Notes under the pieces: generated by a model
What the model was told of the DNA's origin: nothing
Database searches by the model: none
What the model saw: only the letters and a program-made list of their open reading frames with translations
DNA from: Ginkgo biloba
Taxonomy: Eukaryota; Plantae; Ginkgophyta
Length of the DNA: 14,759 nucleotides
Reading direction: 5' to 3'
NCBI GenBank assembly: GCA_024626585.2
Contig: JANKJI020000002.1
Span: forward strand, 118,320,679 to 118,335,437
Translations under genes and position numbers: made by a program
Shown: piece by piece, positions 10,210 through 14,759 of the stretch
How the letters are laid out: each line of letters opens with the position of its first letter
Position numbering within the stretch: the stretch's first letter is position 1

Positions 10210-11346
10210 TCAATCAATCAAACTAAAAAACTCTTCTTAAAGACACTGAAGATCGCAAAGGCTTTAAGATTAGCGTACAACACATTTCGATGGAGATAGG
10301 GAGCTACAAGCATAGCCCTAACCAAAAGCTTCAAATGAGTGATCACAAGCGAAATAGGCTAAGAGACAAGCATAGCAAAAAACCAAGAAAGCTTAGGAAA
10401 CCTTACGCCGAATAAAAAAGCAAGAAAGAGACTAGTGGAGAGCACATGATAGCTGAAAGCTAACAAGCAGCCTAAAGGTTCACTAGAAGAGATTTGACCC
10501 CTTAAGTAGAACTCGACCAAAAGGCTAAGAGTACTACACAAAGAGCACCTAAGGCCTTAAATGCAAGCCTAAGTGGTGCTCGTTAAATAATTAAGATTCT
10601 TCTTTCCAAACTAACAAGGACAGCTAAGACACCTTAAACTCAAGTTGATTGGAGATAAGAGGGACAAAGTGCAAATTAACAAGGTAGAGGAACTTCAATT
10701 TTAATCATACTCAACAGATTCTTTTTTCTAATGCACCCTTCTCTCAAATTTTCGTCATTAATTTTGGCTTAGAGTTTGTCTCCCTATGACTTGGGATCTT
10801 ACCTAAATTTGACTTTGCCCTTGCATTAAGAGGCTCCATAGGAGCAAAGTCATAAACTAAAAAATTGGAATTGCTCTACATTAATTACGATCACCATGGT
10901 AGCATGACCTCATTTCAATGTTTTATAGCATTCTAGAGGCCAGTTTTTAATCTATGACTTGTAGCATAGGCACACTTTCAACTTCGGCCCAACATCTTTA
11001 GATGCCCAAGCAAGTTCCAAAAAGGTATAACACTTGGTATTTTTGACTTAATAAAGGAGGTTACAAATCAATTTTGTATATAGACCTATTGCTAGAAGCA
11101 ATACCTATAGTTTGCATTGTAGTTGAGAGCATAAGTTAGGTAAACAAGCAATTTGCCCCTGTTCAAACTAGGCTAGAAAGTGAATTGCACTTTAGAACAA
11201 GAGCATTAGGAGCAATTCCCCAAAGCAAAAAGGAAACAACTTGACCAAAAGCCCCGGAATAGGGTTTCTTGTGTTATAGAAGACACAAAAAGTGCAAATT
11301 AAAGTTGAATTGTGGTTCGAAACCAATTTAGTGAGCTTTATGTTAC
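10210..11346 (+). repeat. Diverged repeat segment A, copy 2; probable LTR fragment
   Basis: Colinear with 3500-4596 (same anchors); recognisable homology ends at tttatgttac. Confidence 0.85.
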
Positions 11347-11406
11347 TTTATGTCAGTTTTAGAGGATATTTTTGTTAGCTTAATAACTTTGTGATGTAAA
11401 TAATAA

Positions 11407-12030
11407 AATGCTAATTGGAATATTAGGTCTTACCGTGACAACATTTATCAAATTCAACCATAGGTTTACATAAATAATCAAAGATACAGTAACCTTAACA
11501 ATTGTAGAAATCCTAATATGAGTGGAGGAAATTTCAATGGTGATAATTCCAACAACAACAGTGAGCATTTCAGCAATAGCAATGGTAACTTCAATAATAA
11601 TGGTGGACATTCCAACAATAACTTTGATAATAGTTGAGGAAACTTTAATAACAATGGCAATAATTTCAACAATAACAAAGAAAACTTCAATGGAGGAAAC
11701 TTCAACGATTGGAACTTTAACAACAAAAATTTCAACAAAGGCAACAACAATTTTAGAGGATACAACAATTTTGGGTGCAGACCCAATTGTGGAGCTACCA
11801 CTAGTAATCATATAGNNNNNNNNNNNNNNNNNNNNTAATTTTTTACGGTCATGGTGACCCCTCCGATCATTTGGCCTTAATCCTCAACAACACCCCTTTA
11901 CGTCATTTGACAGATGAGGAAGAAATTAAACGAAGATTTTTTTCAACACTTCCAAGGTCCACCCTTATTTTGGTATCAATGTGCATGCCATCTATTACAA
12001 CCCAGATAAACCAAAATCTGGGTTGAAATA
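11407..12030 (+). pseudogene. gag: Degenerate Ty3/Gypsy (Tat/Ogre-like) gag with an Asn/Gly/Phe-rich N-terminal region
   Basis: The frame from 11407 reads ...NPNMSGGNFNGDNSNNNSEHFSNSNGNFNNNGGHSNNNFDNS*GNFNNNGNNFNNNKENFNGGNFND..., with stops at 11461 and 11635. After a 20-N gap, 11838 onward reads IFYGHGDPSDHL...LTDEEEIKR, then by frameshift FQHFQGPPLFWYQ...KIWVEI (cf. ydG.gDP.dHL...F..sL.G.A..WY....i.sW.eL). Joining the two parts assumes the gap is correctly scaffolded. Confidence 0.7.
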
Positions 12031-12976
12031 GATAAGATCAAGATCAATAGTGAGGCCAACACTTACATATTGCAACTATTGGTTAATTCACAAGAGAAAG
12101 TGGTGAGAAGAGAGNNNNNNNNNNNNNNNNNNNNNNNNNNNNNNNNNNNNNNNNNNNNNNNNNNNNNNNNNNNNNNNNNNNNNNNNNNNNNNNNNNNNNN
12201 NNNNNNNNNNNNNNAGAACAGCTTCAACCTTGTCTTCTTTTGCTATTCAGAAAGGGAGAAGATTAATCCACATGTACAAGGTTGTTTAACAAGGAATTCA
12301 CTACCCCAACCAAAAGCCAAGGACAGAATAATAAAGGATCACTTAATTGACAACAGAATGTGAATCGTAAAATAGATCTTCAATAATTGGATTCCAAACA
12401 ACATAAAAAACATCTCCACCAAGCATTATCACCAGGAAGAATGATTGGTAGGAACACATAGGTTAGCAAAGTGTGGGGAAATGATGGATAGCATTTAGAA
12501 GCCATGAGTGTTAACAAAAGCATTGATAACTGGACCTTACACAAGTGAATAAGCATTTAAATAACAAAGGAAGCAGCATTAACATAGAAGACTCTCGTGC
12601 ATTTAGAAAGATTCAAGCAGGGGCAAAGAATATGTTGAATAAATAGGCAATAGCAATAATATGTGAATGGGTAGCTACTTTTAACTCACAAATATAAGTT
12701 TTGTAAAGAGTCCAAGAAAAGACTTCTCAATCCCGAAAGATGGTCCTGCAGGTACAAATGCGTGATTGGACAGTTGCAACCCATGTTTTGAGGGCAAAGC
12801 ATGTTAAGAGGGAAGCGCGTGTGTGTACACTAACATATGTATCTAATTATTGGTATGTTCACATGTCCATATGTATGTATAAAATACCTTATATATCATT
12901 ATAATTTTATTTTTTTTCAAAAGTCTCTTATNNNNNNNNNNNNNNNNNNNNNNNGTGGGTTAAGGTTTAGGCTAAG

Positions 12977-13605
12977 TGTAAGATGACGAAATTGCCATAG
13001 TAAGTATTCGATCATAGACATGATAACAGCAATCAGTTGCAGCTATAATGACAGCCTTTGGTCGCAGCTATGTTGATGGACTCCGGTTGCAACTCTAATA
13101 ACAATATTCAGTTGCAACAACATTGGCAGACTTCGGTCACGCCACTGTGGACAGCATTTGGTCGTAGCATGGCATTCGGTCGCAACAATGATCAAGATGT
13201 TGGTCACAGTTTTAATTAAATTAATGTGTAAATGATTAATTGCCTTAGTTAGCAAGAAAGTGGATTAGTATAAGATTGTAGTTAGTGAACCAAATGGACA
13301 ATCAACAAAACAACTGGGATAACAACCTATAGTTATGGGTATAAATTGTAATCTCCTACGGGAAAATTGACAATCAAGCAATCAATAAAACAAGATTATC
13401 TATCTTTGTCTTCTGTAATTTATTCATCACTCATGAATGGAATATAAGTTTATTCTTTGTTTTCTGTTTTTAACCATTTAGAAAGTTATGACTGCAATTT
13501 TGTGATTCCACATGCATGGAAATTGTTAACAGAGATAAGCACATCATGTCGATTTCCAGCAATTGTGCAACCTAACATTCCCTCTGTATTGGTGAGAACG
13601 TTACA
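12977..13605 (+). mobile_element. Candidate LTR (629 bp)
   Basis: TGTAA...TTACA inverted termini; U3-like tandem array; TATAAAT at 13340; AATAAA at 13384; T-rich U5-like tract; TGG 2 nt after the end (PBS-like position). No target-site duplication (ctaag vs gttgg). Confidence 0.55.
13034..13210 (+). repeat. Highly diverged 25-bp-period array (8 core motifs)
   Basis: Core YRGTYRY followed mostly by ARC at 13034, 13059, 13084, 13109, 13134, 13159 (exact 25-bp spacing), then 13177 and 13201. Confidence 0.8.
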
Positions 13606-13745
13606 GTTGGGCCCTTGCGGTTGCAGGGATGTTGGTACTAACTAGNNNNNNNNNNNNNNNNNNNNNNNNNNNNNNNNNNNNNNNNNNNNNNNNNNNNNNN
13701 NNNNNNNNNNNNNNNNNNNNNNNNNNNNNNNNNNNNNNNNNNNNN

Positions 13746-14600
13746 AAGCATTGGTGTTAAAGATTCAAGAACATTGTTGCTCACTGGGAGCGAGGAGTGT
13801 TGAGCAGAGGACCACATCACATATTGGAGCAAAGCGCAGAGAAAGCTGGAGACTTTGAAGCACGTGAATCAACGGAGAATAGAGGAGACACGGCAGTGGA
13901 CCACCTGTTGTTGTGAAATGTGGAGCAAAGGAGACACGCGCACCTATTGCAGGATATCGATCGCACTCGAGCAATTCACGCGAAGAAGTGGTGAGGAAAC
14001 CACCTAAAAGTGTCGTCACTAAAACGTGATGCTGAAGAGGTACGAAATTTGCAAAACACTGAAAAGTCTGCAACGCTGAGGGCACCTGTGGACACCAGAC
14101 ACGTGAAGCAGGGGCACAGGCGGGCATCGTGAGATTCGTGGAGCCATTGTTGGAACCAGAGCGTTGAAGACTCTGTTCACCTGGAGGAGGTACGTAACAC
14201 ATGAGAGGGGCACAGGCACGGAGCGGGAGCAAGAACATCGAATGTTGAAAGGGCTTTGGTCGAAGCCGAATCACCAAAACTGCACCAACGAAGGACGTGA
14301 CACCAGGATCAAGTCCCGTGGCGTGGAGAAATCAGAGAAATAGGAGTGCTGGTGAATCACCAGAGAAGAAATCCCGCATCAGGAGGTAAGAACAGTTGGC
14401 GAAAGCAAAATTGGAGGAAAACACGCCAAAGGATCGCCTCGAACAAGATGTGAAGACACACGCGAAGCTGTGAACGCCAGAAGCACGCGAAATTTCTCTG
14501 TAAAATTAACTGAGGACGAAGGACACACAAAGCCATCGAGGAGGACGCAAAGACGGAAAGAAATAGCAAAATTCTGCAGAAATCTGAGAAATCACAACGC
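13746..14600. other. CpG-rich, purine-skewed segment, probably the untranslated internal region of a younger retroelement
   Basis: CG dinucleotides are visibly far more frequent than elsewhere in the window. All three plus frames are closed around 13980-14040. Short direct repeats are present (ggggcacaggc 14111/14207; tggagcaaag 13825/13921). The identity is inferred. Confidence 0.4.
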
Positions 14601-14759
14601 CGAAAGAGAAATTTTGAAAAATTAAAAAAAATTCTAAAATTTCTAAAGGTTAAAAAAAAATTGATTAAAAGGTGCCAAGATCTTTAGCACATGGTCGCAT
14701 GATAAAACCCCAGGGGCTAAATTCAAGACCATTAAAGAACGTTTTAAGATTTTGGTGTT

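Larger units (their letters stand above)
2082..13745. other. Eight assembly gaps
   Basis: N-runs at 2082-2181 (100), 2964-3013 (50), 5153-5252 (100), 9659-9857 (199), 11816-11835 (20), 12115-12214 (100), 12932-12954 (23) and 13646-13745 (100). The exact-100 runs are probably placeholders of unknown size. Confidence 0.97.

Noticed and set aside
11380-11815. ORFs 11380-11811 (-), 11478-11801 (-) and 11522-11815 (+), which resemble membrane, Leu-rich or Thr/Ile-rich proteins
   Set aside because: They are alternative-frame shadows of the AAC/AAT-rich Asn repeat, which is naturally poor in stop codons in those frames.
12215-12931. Possible decayed coding sequence or exon (CTGCAG|GTAC at ~12750)
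   Set aside because: Multiple stops in the frames examined and no recognisable domain.
12955-12976. Telomere-like gggttaaggtttaggctaag beside a gap
   Set aside because: No perfect TTTAGGG unit and too short.
13034-13210. Repeat-spacer appearance suggesting a CRISPR array
   Set aside because: The core is only ~10 bp, the linkers are related to each other, there are no cas genes, and the context is eukaryotic.
2013-13832. ORFs containing X runs (e.g. 2013-2240, 2824-3120, 5092-5417, 9632-9916, 12070-12363, 13638-13832)
   Set aside because: They reach the length threshold only by reading through N-gaps.

Overview
AT-rich eukaryotic DNA, almost certainly from a land-plant nuclear genome (inferred from a plant DUF688-type ORF and plant Ty3/Gypsy remnants). 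It is a fragmented scaffold with 8 N-gaps, so adjacency across gaps is not guaranteed. There is one credible intact gene: an intronless 201-aa ORF (5539-6144, minus strand) with the PFxWExKPGxPK motif of DUF688-type proteins. Most of the rest is decayed LTR-retrotransposon material: three degenerate Ty3/Gypsy gag(-protease) remnants (1-685 minus; 9056-9658 plus, with a Met-tRNA PBS; 11407-12030 plus, with an Asn-rich N-terminus), three pairs of diverged same-orientation repeats that may tile into one long LTR, a candidate 629-bp LTR with a cryptic 25-bp periodic array, and a CpG-rich terminal segment. Most ORFs in the track are gap-spanning or low-complexity artefacts. I found no CRISPR array, rRNA or tRNA, and no demonstrable novel multi-gene system. 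The best leads are the gene's possible position inside a split LTR, a dense W-box cluster upstream of it, and its motif combination.
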